Positions 27,162 through 36,854 are shown, numbered from the stretch's first letter. The stretch is DNA of 46,241 nt from Gammaproteobacteria bacterium (GCA_015487095.1 WFQM01000164.1:1-46241); one strand, 5' to 3'. Numbers and translations: made by a program. The notes: generated by a model from the letters alone, not told the origin.

Positions 27162-28161
27162 AAACAGCGAAGTAAAAGGTATTGACCGTGCTGCGATTTT
27201 TTTAATGAGCCTTGGGGAAGTGGCAGCTTCGGAAGTGCTGAAGCACATGGACCCCAAAGAAGTGCAATCAGTAGGTGCCGCCATGGCGCAATTGAATAAT
27301 GTTTCGCGTGGCCAGGTGACTTCTGTGTTAAAAGATTTTTGTGCCACGGTGCAGGAAGAGACAGGGCTGGGTCTGGGTACCGATGATTATGTGCGCAGTG
27401 TACTAAAAAAGGCACTGGGTGATGATAAAGCCGAAGGCCTGATTGATCGTATTTTACAAGGCGGAAATACCAAGGGACTTGAAACACTCAAGTGGATGGA
27501 CTCACGTGCAGTGGCTGAAATTATTCGTCTCGAACATCCACAGATTATTGCCATTGTTTTGTCGTATCTGGACCCGGATCAATCGGCTGAAGTATTGGCC
27601 GTATTCCCTGATCGTGTGCGTGTTGATGTGTTAATGCGCATTTCCACGTTGGACGGTATTCAGCCTGCCGCATTAAATGAACTCAATGACATTATGGAAA
27701 AACAATTCACCGGTAAAAATAATGTGAAGTCTTCCAGTGTGGGTGGCTTGAAATCGGCTGCGAATATTCTTAATTTTATTGACAGTTCAATGGAAGGCGA
27801 GATTATGGACAGCGTCAAGGAAATTGATGCAGACCTGGGTCAGAGTATTCAGGATCTCATGTTTGTTTTTGATAACCTGAATGCTGTTGATGATCGAGAC
27901 ATTCAAACAATTCTCCGGGAGATTTCCTCCGAGTCACTGGTGTTGGCGTTGAAGGGTGCGGATGACGAACTGAAAGAGAAAATTCTGAGAAACATGTCCA
28001 AGCGCGCTGCCGAAATGCTGCGTGATGACCTTGAAGCGAAAGGGCCGGTGCGTCTGAGTGAAGTGGAAGGAGCCCAAAAAGAAATTCTTTCAGTAGCTCG
28101 CAGACTAGCTGATGCTGGCGATATTTCTTTAGGCGGTTCCGGTGGTGAAGAGTATGTATAG
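27151..28161 (+). CDS. fliG: Flagellar motor switch protein FliG
   Basis: EHPQIIAIVLSYL, MFVFDNL and RAAEMLRDDLE motifs. Overlaps the fliF end by 11 nt. Confidence 0.95.
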   Translation: MMAENSEVKGIDRAAIFLMSLGEVAASEVLKHMDPKEVQSVGAAMAQLNNVSRGQVTSVLKDFCATVQEETGLGLGTDDYVRSVLKKALGDDKAEGLIDRILQGGNTKGLETLKWMDSRAVAEIIRLEHPQIIAIVLSYLDPDQSAEVLAVFPDRVRVDVLMRISTLDGIQPAALNELNDIMEKQFTGKNNVKSSSVGGLKSAANILNFIDSSMEGEIMDSVKEIDADLGQSIQDLMFVFDNLNAVDDRDIQTILREISSESLVLALKGADDELKEKILRNMSKRAAEMLRDDLEAKGPVRLSEVEGAQKEILSVARRLADAGDISLGGSGGEEYV

Positions 28162-28832
28162 TGATGGTTAAAATCATTTGTAAACAATCAACGGATCAAT
28201 ATCAACGCTGGGATTTGCCCATGGTGGAGGATGTCTCCGGGGCTGTGGCAAATGCGAAGGATGACAAAGCACCAGGCTTGATGACAGCAGAGCAAATTGA
28301 AAGAATTCAAAACCAGGCATACAAAGAAGCTTATGAGGCCGGTTTTTCAAAGGGCCGTGAAGAAGGAATGGCAGCAGGAAAAGATGAAATTACACGTAAT
28401 GCTCAATTGCTTGATGATTTATTGCAATCATTATCGAAACCCTTTGAAAAACTGGATGAAGATATTACGCAGCAACTGGTAAGTTTATCAGTGGCTATTG
28501 CCCGGCAACTGGTTCGCCGGGAATTAAAAATTGATGCAGCGCAGATTGTGGGCGTCGTGCAAGAGGCCATTGCGGTGTTGCCAGTGGGGTCTCGTAATGT
28601 AAAAGTCTGTTTACACCCGGATGATGTACGAGTGATGCACGACACAAAGGTGGAAATGGAAATAGAGCGTAACTGGGAGTTGGTGGGTGACCCCGGTTTA
28701 TCCCGAGGTGATTGCCGGATTCTAACGGAAACATCGCGCATTGACGCGACACTTGAAAAGCGCCTGGCAGCCATTGCATCCCGGCTTTTGGGTGGTGAGC
28801 GCGAGACAGACAAAGCACTGCCCTCTGAATGA
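28161..28832 (+). CDS. fliH: Flagellar export apparatus protein FliH
   Basis: Acidic/helical N-half ([22 protein letters not shown]) and a C-terminal FliH domain. GTG at 28161 or ATG at 28164. Located between fliG and fliI. Confidence 0.85.
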   Translation: MMVKIICKQSTDQYQRWDLPMVEDVSGAVANAKDDKAPGLMTAEQIERIQNQAYKEAYEAGFSKGREEGMAAGKDEITRNAQLLDDLLQSLSKPFEKLDEDITQQLVSLSVAIARQLVRRELKIDAAQIVGVVQEAIAVLPVGSRNVKVCLHPDDVRVMHDTKVEMEIERNWELVGDPGLSRGDCRILTETSRIDATLEKRLAAIASRLLGGERETDKALPSE

Positions 28833-30310
28833 CCGACGAGTCAAAAAATATGCAGAATCATTCATCATTTCAGTCCAGAGCAGAAAGTCTTCGTGCTAGT
28901 CATCGCAAATGGCAACAATCACTTATTGAAGCACAGGAAGGTATCGCAGCACCTCAACTCATTGTGGAAGGGCATCTTACCCGCATGGTGGGTTTGACGC
29001 TGGAAGCGGTTGGTTGTCATGCCCCAGTGGGCTCACGGTGTTTGGTGGAAGGGCCGGATGGAAAAGATATTGAAGCCGAAGTAGTGGGCTTTTCTGGCGA
29101 AAAACTATTTTTAATGCCTACAGAACGCATGCTTGGCATTGTTCCCAACGCCCGGGTGATACCGAGCAAAAAACCTTACGATGTGGCGGTGGGTAAAGAA
29201 TTACTGGGGCGTGTGCTGGATGGTGCCGGTCATCCGCTGGATGGCAAAGGCCCGTTGCAAACATCGGAGCGTGTATCCATTACCAGCCGGGTAATCAATC
29301 CCATGGCACGACACCCGATCAGTGAAAAGCTGGACGTGGGTATTCGTGCCATCAATGCGTTATTGAGCGTAGGTCGCGGTCAACGCATGGGATTGTTTGC
29401 GGGCAGCGGAGTGGGCAAAAGCGTTTTGCTGGGTATGATGACAAAATACACGGATGCCGATGTGATTGTGGTTGGGCTTATCGGTGAGCGTGGCCGTGAA
29501 GTCAAGGAATTTATTGACAACATACTGGGTGAAGAAGGTATGGCACGCGCTGTTGTGGTTGCATCGCCCGCCGATGACGTACCGGTCATGCGTTTGCACG
29601 GCGCATCACTGGCGACCCGTATTGCTGAATACTTCCGTGATCAAGGATTGAATGTTCTGTTATTAATGGATTCATTAACCCGCTATGCCCAGGCGCAACG
29701 TGAAGTGGCACTGGCTGTGGGAGAGCCGCCTGCAACAAAAGGTTACCCACCTTCAGTGTTTGCAAAAATCCCGCAACTGGTTGAACGTGCTGGAAATGGT
29801 GACACTGGTGGTGGTTCTATTACCGCGTTTTATACGGTATTGACAGAAGGTGATGATCAGCAAGACCCTATTGCGGATGCAGCCCGGGCGATTCTCGATG
29901 GACATATTGTACTGTCTCGCGAGCTGGCGGAGGCAGGACATTACCCGGCGATTGATGTGGAAGCTTCGATCAGTCGTGCAATGACGGAAATTACCAGTGC
30001 GGAACATCAGGCAGCTATTCGCCAGTTCAAGCAATGGTACTCCTTATATCGTCAACATCGAGACCTGATTAGTGTGGGGGCTTATCAACGAGGTACGGAT
30101 GCAAAGGTGGATGAAGCCGTGACAATGTATCCACAATTAACAGAGTTTTTACAGCAGAGTATCACACAGTCTGTTTCACTTGCCGACAGTATAGACAGAT
30201 TGGAAACACTGCAAAGTATTGAGGTCATGTCGCCCGCCCATGATGCAAATTTGCAGGCACCAATGGTACAACAAACATTGCCGGATAAGAGTAATTCCTA
30301 TGCAAAATAG
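28829..30310 (+). CDS. fliI: Flagellum-specific ATPase FliI
   Basis: Walker A GSGVGKS and Walker [12 protein letters not shown], in an F1-beta-like core. It has ~35-aa N- and C-terminal extensions relative to what I expect for FliI. ATGA overlap with fliH. Confidence 0.95.
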   Translation: MTDESKNMQNHSSFQSRAESLRASHRKWQQSLIEAQEGIAAPQLIVEGHLTRMVGLTLEAVGCHAPVGSRCLVEGPDGKDIEAEVVGFSGEKLFLMPTERMLGIVPNARVIPSKKPYDVAVGKELLGRVLDGAGHPLDGKGPLQTSERVSITSRVINPMARHPISEKLDVGIRAINALLSVGRGQRMGLFAGSGVGKSVLLGMMTKYTDADVIVVGLIGERGREVKEFIDNILGEEGMARAVVVASPADDVPVMRLHGASLATRIAEYFRDQGLNVLLLMDSLTRYAQAQREVALAVGEPPATKGYPPSVFAKIPQLVERAGNGDTGGGSITAFYTVLTEGDDQQDPIADAARAILDGHIVLSRELAEAGHYPAIDVEASISRAMTEITSAEHQAAIRQFKQWYSLYRQHRDLISVGAYQRGTDAKVDEAVTMYPQLTEFLQQSITQSVSLADSIDRLETLQSIEVMSPAHDANLQAPMVQQTLPDKSNSYAK

Positions 30311-30417
30311 GCAGGATATTATCCTGGATTAATCAGTTGTCCGCTTCGAGGTAAGGCTAAGTACATTCCCGCCAATAAACCACGCCAACAAAACCCATTT
30401 CTTTGTTTTACCGCTTG

Positions 30418-30717
30418 TGACAGCGGACCTTCGACCAATGCCATTAAGTTAAGCACGCTTGGTCAAAGACCGAGACTGCCTGGAAGCCAGTTGCTTTGTC
30501 AAATCCAATGCTTGTAAACGCAGAGACGCAGAGAAAAACACTAAAACTCTGTGTTTCGGTGACTTTTGCGTGACAGACACTGTGTTTTTGTTTCCACATT
30601 TTGTAGTACACATTGACTCTCTAAACATCACTCACCATGGGTACTGGCTGCCCAATGTTTGTTTAACCGACAAAAAAAGCATTAATTTCCTAACTTAATG
30701 ACAGTGGAGCTTCGACC
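30418..30717 (+). repeat. 19-bp imperfect direct repeats bracketing a 262-bp segment that has 15-bp terminal inverted repeats
   Basis: DR1 TGACAGCGGACCTTCGACC (30418-30436) and DR2 TGACAGTGGAGCTTCGACC (30699-30717) match at 17/19. IR-L TGCCATTAAGTTAAG (30439-30453) and IR-R CCTAACTTAATGACA (30689-30703) match at 13/15 when complemented. Confidence 0.45.
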
Positions 30718-31004
30718 TTTTTTAAGTATTTTCTCTGAATTTTAAAACTGGAGTGTAAAAAGGGTTATATATATTTTAAGGATATAAATCCTGTCGCTTA
30801 TTCACATAAATAAATAAAAGTTCAGAAAAAATTATTCTGCTTCCATTCGGAAATCATGTATCAACAGTATGTTTTTAGCAAAGGTGGGGTGGGGCTAATG
30901 ACCGTATGAATGTGATGAGAACCAATAAATAATGCTGGAATGTAAAAGGAAACACTATTGTGAGATTATTTACAGGCGATCATGTTGCTGGGTGATGCTG
31001 CCTA

Positions 31005-31165
31005 TATACCCGTAGCGATTGAGATTTAGGTCGTGTGCACGCCCTGCTTACTCCATGGCCGCGTTGAAACTCCTTGCAATAGAACGACTATTACGCGTCA
31101 TTTCGCCTCGTCATGAAGAAAATATGACGCACACTTAAACCTAAATCCCAAACGCCACGGGTATA
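31005..31165. repeat. 161-bp long-stem palindromic element (MITE-like, or a structured RNA read from the minus strand)
   Basis: 27-nt arms TATACCCGTAGCGATTGAGATTTAGGT (31005-31031) and ACCTAAATCCCAAACGCCACGGGTATA (31139-31165) pair at 24/27. A further GTGTGC/GCACAC pairing and internal hairpins (GCGTCAT/ATGACGC, AATAG/CTATT) are present. TA dinucleotides sit at both ends. Confidence 0.5.
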
Positions 31166-31260
31166 AAACATTGTTTTTGAAAAAAAGCAAGAATGGACAA
31201 GCGCCAGCGATTGTGTATTTTTTAATTATGGATAGCATATGGCGAATAGGTGATAGAAAG

Positions 31261-31740
31261 TATTTAATAAAATCAGGTTTGTTGATAATCCTCTCTGCCT
31301 GAAATACTACGATTTTAAATCATATTAAATCTGGATTAATTCTAACTAATACTAGTCAGTGATATGATATTTATATTAATAATCATTAATGTTTTTATCT
31401 CTCTGTTTAAGAATATTGGCTTCAATATTAATATTTCTGGTTATTTAATAAAATGTTAAGAAATCAAAAATAATATCAACGATATCTTGTCTCATAGTAT
31501 AAGTAATAATTCCCGGGATAATATAATTATGTAATTAATTCCATAAAATTATGTCATGTATTTCCATTGTTTATAATAATGGCTATTATGATATGATTCT
31601 GCTTATTAGTTAATTGTAGTTTTAAACAACAGGTTACCTGAGGTCTCATCAATTTGATTTACCATGAATATGGGTGTTACTACTGATAAATAAAGGTGTT
31701 AATGTTTTTCGTTTATTTTTGGTAAATAAATAATAAAATA
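31261..31740. other. Extremely AT-rich ORF-free tract upstream of the second peroxidase gene
   Basis: I counted 111 G+C in these 480 nt (about 23%). The tract holds no ORF of 60 aa or more on either strand and many ATTAAT/AATATT-type short repeats. Confidence 0.7.
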
Positions 31741-31751
31741 GAGGGTGTAAA

Positions 31752-33125
31752 ATGAATGTTAAAAAAATAGTCATGTCATTTATTGTGCCGATAACCGGCC
31801 TGACTTTGTTAAGTGAAAGCTCAATTGCAAGAAATTATCATTATGACCAATTGCCTCCTCCATCTATCGATAGCAATTTTTATGACAATGGCAACCCAAC
31901 GGAAGCTAAAGTTGCATTGGGTAAATTTCTTTTTTTTGATAAAATCCTCAGTGGTAACCAAAATACTGCGTGTTCAACATGCCATCATGGTCTGACTGAT
32001 ACAGGTGATGGTCTGTCTTTGCCGGTCGGTGAGGGCGCGCGTGGTATAGGCGTGACTCGTGATACGGGTACCGGGGCTGATGCGATTCATGAACGTGTTC
32101 CACGTAATGCGCCACCACTATTTACGTTAGGCGCAATTGAAATTGATACACTGTTTCATGATGGGCGTGTCGAGATCGATGCCACACAACCCAGCGGTTT
32201 TAGTACCCCTGCAGGTGATGATTTACCTCTGATTCTTGAGAATGTGCTGGCAGCACAGGCTATGTTCCCGGTGACATCCGCAACGGAAATGGCGGGTCAG
32301 CCGGGGGAAAACCCGATTGCTGATGCTGTAGCTGCAGGAAATCTTGCCGGTGTTGGCGGAGTCTGGCCACAACTTGCTGATCGCTTACGAAACATACCGG
32401 AATATGTTTCAATGTTTAACGAGGCCTTTGGTGTTACAGCTGATCAAATCACATATGCACATGCGGCCAATGCAATATCAGCATTTGAGCGAGTTGCCTG
32501 GCGTGCTGACAACAGTCCCTTTGATCGTTTTCTCCGGGGCAATAAAAAAGCCATGAGTAAATCAGCAAGGAAAGGAATGAGGCTGTTTTATGGTAAAGCC
32601 GGTTGTTCCGGTTGCCATAGTGGTACATATCTGACCGATATGCAGTTTCACGCGATAGGGATGCCGCAGATTGGTCAGGGGAAAGGGCATGGGGAAGATG
32701 GTTATGAAGATATGGGGCGTGCCTCAGTAACCGGTGATGAGACTCAACGGTATCAATTCCGCACACCTCCTTTACGCAATGTCGCTCTGACCGGACCTTG
32801 GGGTCATTCCGGTGCTTTTGATACATTGGAAGGCATTGTGCGTCATCATCTTGACCCGGAAACATCGCTGGATAATTATGATTGCAGTACAGAGCCCCGG
32901 TTACCTTCGCGAGCAGACCTCGATATGCATGATTGTTTTGTTATGAATGATCCCGCATTGGTAATGAATATCAAGGATGCGAATGAGCTTGAAAAAGTAC
33001 ATCTTAATGAGAAGAAAATTGCTTACCTGATGGATTTTTTACATGCGCTAACAGATCCAGACAGCGTCGATATTAGAAACGATGTACCAAGAAGAGTGCC
33101 AAGCGGTTTGTCTCTTGTTGATTAA
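31752..33125 (+). CDS. Di-haem cytochrome c peroxidase-family protein (second, divergent paralogue)
   Basis: Signal peptide, CSTCHH and CSGCHS haem sites, and FRTPPLRNVALTGPWGHSGAFDTLEGIV. GAGGG SD 8 nt upstream. Confidence 0.9.
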   Translation: MNVKKIVMSFIVPITGLTLLSESSIARNYHYDQLPPPSIDSNFYDNGNPTEAKVALGKFLFFDKILSGNQNTACSTCHHGLTDTGDGLSLPVGEGARGIGVTRDTGTGADAIHERVPRNAPPLFTLGAIEIDTLFHDGRVEIDATQPSGFSTPAGDDLPLILENVLAAQAMFPVTSATEMAGQPGENPIADAVAAGNLAGVGGVWPQLADRLRNIPEYVSMFNEAFGVTADQITYAHAANAISAFERVAWRADNSPFDRFLRGNKKAMSKSARKGMRLFYGKAGCSGCHSGTYLTDMQFHAIGMPQIGQGKGHGEDGYEDMGRASVTGDETQRYQFRTPPLRNVALTGPWGHSGAFDTLEGIVRHHLDPETSLDNYDCSTEPRLPSRADLDMHDCFVMNDPALVMNIKDANELEKVHLNEKKIAYLMDFLHALTDPDSVDIRNDVPRRVPSGLSLVD

Positions 33126-33239
33126 AAACGATAATGGTTAAGAATTGGTGACGGCACTTAAGTTTTTTTCGCGGGTGTCGTCGCCAACTTAAAACCCATA
33201 TCGGATGAAAGAGGGGATACACAAAATTGAATCTTGAAT

Positions 33240-33249
33240 CCCCCCCCCC
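33240..33249. repeat. C10 homopolymer (G10 on the minus strand)
   Basis: gaatCCCCCCCCCCggc counted directly. Lies in the convergent gap between the peroxidase stop (33125) and the yciI-like stop (33264). Confidence 0.9.
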
Positions 33250-33263
33250 GGCTTCTTTGTTAT

Positions 33264-33551
33264 TCAACCAAGTAGAAACGTTAGACGTTCATCGGTTTTT
33301 GAGGGTGTGATTTCAAGAATTTCTGCACTTACCACATTTTCTGCGACAAATGGGTCGTTATTCACTCTGCTTTGAAGATCTGGCAGTGAGATGTTGTGTG
33401 CGATCACTCCGCCACCTGAATTAGGCTGAAGGCTACCCGCCAACAAAAAAATACCGTCATCAAAGCCACGTTTAATCCATTCGTTATGGCCCTCCATAAA
33501 TTGACTGGCTTGGCTTTTGTTCTCAGAAAATTTAAGAAGCACGATGAACAT
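33264..33551 (-). CDS. YciI-family protein
   Basis: 95 aa, MFIVLLKFSENK...H..W......G.F.L.G...........I......L...V..DPF, the typical YciI-like layout. Confidence 0.7.
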   Translation of the reverse strand: MFIVLLKFSENKSQASQFMEGHNEWIKRGFDDGIFLLAGSLQPNSGGGVIAHNISLPDLQSRVNNDPFVAENVVSAEILEITPSKTDERLTFLLG

Positions 33552-33712
33552 CAGTTTTTCTCCTATCTGCTTGACCTTCAGTATAAACGTATGCTGCTGA
33601 CAGCATCGTGTCAGTAGCCAACAGTTTTTTTGAATGGCATTTGCAGACCTGGGGGAAATCTAATGTCTGTCTGATAATTGCTATAGTGTCATTTCTGGCC
33701 ATCTGAAATACT

Positions 33713-34138
33713 TCAGGCCAGGATCAAGCTCAATACACCACCAATAAACATGGCAATGCCCATGGCAAGTATCATCCAGTCACCTTGCGCACCGGGTTCC
33801 AAGGTTGCTGTTTCATGTTGTTCCGGGTCATAAAATATGTCTACTTTTTTACCGACAGGATATTTGTCGTTATAGGCTTTGGTAAATTCCGGCAGAGGGT
33901 GGGTGCCCTCGGGGAATTCATATTGTTTTTGGTATTTTTTACCATCGAGCTGGTAGCTGAAAATAATTTCCGGTAACAGATCATTTTCAGCCGAAGTAGG
34001 GTTGGAGGTTTCGATAGTGCCAGTAGTACGAGGCCATTGTTTGACTTTTCGAGACTTTTGCAGAATTAGCCAGCCCCAAATGCTGATGCCGATGCCGCCA
34101 AGGGCGACGGATGCAAGGATGATTGAATAAAAGTTCAT
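33713..34138 (-). CDS. DUF3592-like membrane protein
   Basis: 141 aa. N- and C-terminal TM helices flank a beta-rich segment with WPRTTGTIE...FSYQLDGKKY...V.IFYDP. Confidence 0.65.
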   Translation of the reverse strand: MNFYSIILASVALGGIGISIWGWLILQKSRKVKQWPRTTGTIETSNPTSAENDLLPEIIFSYQLDGKKYQKQYEFPEGTHPLPEFTKAYNDKYPVGKKVDIFYDPEQHETATLEPGAQGDWMILAMGIAMFIGGVLSLILA

Positions 34139-34184
34139 GAAATTTATTATCTTTTAAAAGTGGGTAAAGTTGTACTGTTATTTT

Positions 34185-36854
34185 CTATTGGTCCAGCAAT
34201 TGGGTGATGGTTTTACGCAGGCATTCTTTATCGGTGTCTTGCAGAGAAGTTTGTTGAGTGTTAGTGATTAAAAAAATATCTTCGGCACGCTCACCAAAGG
34301 TAGCGATTTTGGCATTTTGCAGTAATACGTTGCAGTGCAGCATGCCGCTGGCAATGCGGGCGAGCAGGCCGGGGCGATCACTGGTAACAACTTCCATTTG
34401 TGTGCGCTGGTTTTTTTCATCATCACGAAAGTGAATTTTTGTCGCAATAGGGAAGTGTTTTTGCTGCCGGGTCAGGGCGATGTTTGTCTGTGATATATCG
34501 TCGGGGTGATGCAAATTTTTGTTGAGTTGTGTACAGATCTCATTTTGGCGGTGGATATCGGTAATTTGTCTTGCATTGCGGTCAAGCACCAAAAAAGTAT
34601 CCAGTGTAAAGCCATTATTTGAAGTGATGACGCGCGCATCAATAATGTTCAGGCCGAGGGCTTCAAGTGTGGCGGTAATGGTGGAAAATATATAGTTTTT
34701 ATCCCGTGTGTAAACAAAAATCGCACTGCCGCCACGATGGGTTTCACCGCGTATGAGAATCAATGGTGCATCGTTGTTGCCATGTTTAATTATGGCCTGT
34801 GTGTGCCAGGCAATTTCATCGGCGGAATGACGCAGAAAATAATCCTGTCCAAGCAGTTGCCATTGTTGGTTGATATCTGCTTTGTTCAGTGTGGTTTTTT
34901 TCAGCAGAATGAGTGCCTGTGTCTGGGTGTCGTCGGCCAGTCCCTGGTGGTCCACGGGATTGTCCAGGCCGTGTCGGAGTGCGCGTGAGGTGGCGTGGTA
35001 CAGTTCGGCCAATAATGCATCTTTCCAGGAGTTCCACAAGCTGGGGCTGGTGGCACGAATGTCGGCGACAGTGAGCAGGTAAAGGTGATCGAGGCGTTTT
35101 TGATTACCGATGTGTTGTGCAAATTCGGCGATAACATCAGGGTCGCTGATGTCTTTGCGCTGGGCAGTGACAGACATGAGCAGGTGGTTTTCCACCAGCC
35201 ATTTAATGATTTGTGTATCGTGTTCATTGATGCTGTGTTTCCGGCAGAAGATGGCAGCGTCTATTGCACCTAATTTGGAGTGGTCACCCCCACGGCCTTT
35301 GCCAATGTCGTGGAAGAAGGCGCTAAGGGTGAGTATTTCCTGTTTTTCGATACGTTTGATAATACGGGTACTTAATGGAAATTCATTGGCAAATTCCGGT
35401 ACGGTCAGGCGGCGTAAATTTCGCACGACAAACATGGTGTGTTCATCAACGGTATAAACATGGAACAGGTCATGCTGCATTTGTCCAACAATATTGCCGT
35501 AAACGGGCAGGTAGGCGGCCAGTACACCGTATCGATTCATACGCCGCAGTTCATGGGTAAGGCCAATACCCTGACGAAACAGTTCGATGAACAAGTGGTG
35601 GCAATGTGGGTCGTTGCGGAAATCCTCGTTAATCAAGTGGTGGTGCTGGTGTACCAGGCGAATGGTGCCAGCGCTGACACCACGTAATTGGGGATCGCGA
35701 GCCATGAGTACAAACAGCTCCAGCAGTGCGGAAGGTTGTTGGGTGAATACAGCATTGTGGGTAACTTCCAATTTGCCATGGCGTGACTGGAAACGCGCGT
35801 TGATGCGTATGGGGGAGACTCTTTTATCCTCACCTTTACCGTCAAAGCAAATGCTTTCCTCAAACAAATCAAGCAGCATTTCATTGAGTCGGGAGAGTTT
35901 GAGCACGGTGCGATAATAAGCTTTCATGAACTGTTCGACGGCAAGGCGATTTTTCTGGTCTTTGTAGCCGAACTGTGTGGCCAGGGTGCGCTGATGATCA
36001 AATAACAGGCGATCTTCCCGTCGTCGAGTTAATGTGTGCAATGCAAAGCGAATACGCCAGAGAAAATTTTGTGCATTGTTGAGGCTGTGAAATTCCTCCT
36101 CGGTTAAAAAGCCGTGAGCGACAAGGTCGTGCAGGGTGTTTGCGTCGAAGTGGCGTTTGGCTACCCAGCCGATGACCTGCAAATCACGCAGGCCACCGGG
36201 GTTTTCTTTGATGTTGGGCTCCAGATTGTAGGCCGTGTCGTGAAAACGGTGGTGGCGGGCGATTTGCTCGTCGCGTTTGGCGCGAAAAAACTCCAGGCCA
36301 GGCCAGATGCTGTCCGGGCCGGTGGTTTTTTTCATTTGCAGAAACAAGGCTTCCGGTCCGACCAGCAACCGTGCCTCCATGAGATTGGTGGCCACGGTAA
36401 TGTCAGCAGTGGCCTGTTCGATACAGTCTTGCACGGTGCGAGTGCTATGGCCCACTTCGAGGCCCAGATCCCACAGAAATAATAAAAAACGTTCGATATT
36501 TTCCGCGTGTTGCCGGATGGCCTCGTCGTTGGTGATGAGGATCAGCAGATCAATATCGGAAGCGGGGTGTAGCTCGCCGCGTCCGTACCCACCCACGGCG
36601 ACGAGAGCGATATTTTCATGGCTGCCGATACATTGTTGCCAGATACGCAACAGCAGTTTGTCTACCAACTCTGCTCGCTGTGCCACCAGCTCCTGCACCG
36701 GCACGTCGTTTTCAAATCGTGCCTGGAGGGCGGCGTTGGAGGATTTGAGCTGGGCGCGGAAGACGCTGAGCGGTGTGCTGGTTTGTGCCACGGCGGCATC
36801 AAATTCCTGCCAGTCGCAAACATTGGTGCAGGCGGTATTACTGCTTGAATTCAT
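34185..36854 (-). CDS. glnD: Bifunctional [protein-PII] uridylyltransferase/uridylyl-removing enzyme GlnD
   Basis: 889 aa. NTase motif VAVGGYGRGELHPASDIDLLIL, HD domain FFHDIGKGRGGDHS, and two C-terminal ACT-like segments. Confidence 0.95.
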   Translation of the reverse strand: MNSSSNTACTNVCDWQEFDAAVAQTSTPLSVFRAQLKSSNAALQARFENDVPVQELVAQRAELVDKLLLRIWQQCIGSHENIALVAVGGYGRGELHPASDIDLLILITNDEAIRQHAENIERFLLFLWDLGLEVGHSTRTVQDCIEQATADITVATNLMEARLLVGPEALFLQMKKTTGPDSIWPGLEFFRAKRDEQIARHHRFHDTAYNLEPNIKENPGGLRDLQVIGWVAKRHFDANTLHDLVAHGFLTEEEFHSLNNAQNFLWRIRFALHTLTRRREDRLLFDHQRTLATQFGYKDQKNRLAVEQFMKAYYRTVLKLSRLNEMLLDLFEESICFDGKGEDKRVSPIRINARFQSRHGKLEVTHNAVFTQQPSALLELFVLMARDPQLRGVSAGTIRLVHQHHHLINEDFRNDPHCHHLFIELFRQGIGLTHELRRMNRYGVLAAYLPVYGNIVGQMQHDLFHVYTVDEHTMFVVRNLRRLTVPEFANEFPLSTRIIKRIEKQEILTLSAFFHDIGKGRGGDHSKLGAIDAAIFCRKHSINEHDTQIIKWLVENHLLMSVTAQRKDISDPDVIAEFAQHIGNQKRLDHLYLLTVADIRATSPSLWNSWKDALLAELYHATSRALRHGLDNPVDHQGLADDTQTQALILLKKTTLNKADINQQWQLLGQDYFLRHSADEIAWHTQAIIKHGNNDAPLILIRGETHRGGSAIFVYTRDKNYIFSTITATLEALGLNIIDARVITSNNGFTLDTFLVLDRNARQITDIHRQNEICTQLNKNLHHPDDISQTNIALTRQQKHFPIATKIHFRDDEKNQRTQMEVVTSDRPGLLARIASGMLHCNVLLQNAKIATFGERAEDIFLITNTQQTSLQDTDKECLRKTITQLLDQ

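Noticed and set aside
30449-30698. The 60-aa (-) and 79-aa (+) ORFs in the region after fliI. I also considered a read-through extension of fliI past its TAG (frame continues ~56 codons).
   Set aside because: Both ORFs are Cys- and basic-rich with no motifs and no SD, and they overlap each other. The read-through peptide has no FliI or FliJ character. All are treated as non-coding.
31005-31165. The long-stem element considered as 6S RNA, as a retron msr/msd, or as part of a CRISPR or integron attC structure. GTTAAGC at 30448-30454 also matches the GTTRRRY core.
   Set aside because: 6S closing stems are more irregular, and the usual genomic context is absent. There is no reverse transcriptase, cas or integrase gene anywhere in the window. 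There is no repeat-spacer periodicity. The candidate inverse core (TCCTAAC) fails RYYYAAC at the first position.
31372-31390. Fur-box-like 19-mer TATATTAATAATCATTAAT (14/19 to GATAATGATAATCATTATC) upstream of the second peroxidase.
   Set aside because: It lies ~360 nt from the start codon, in a tract of ~23% G+C where matches of this quality to an AT-rich consensus are expected by chance.
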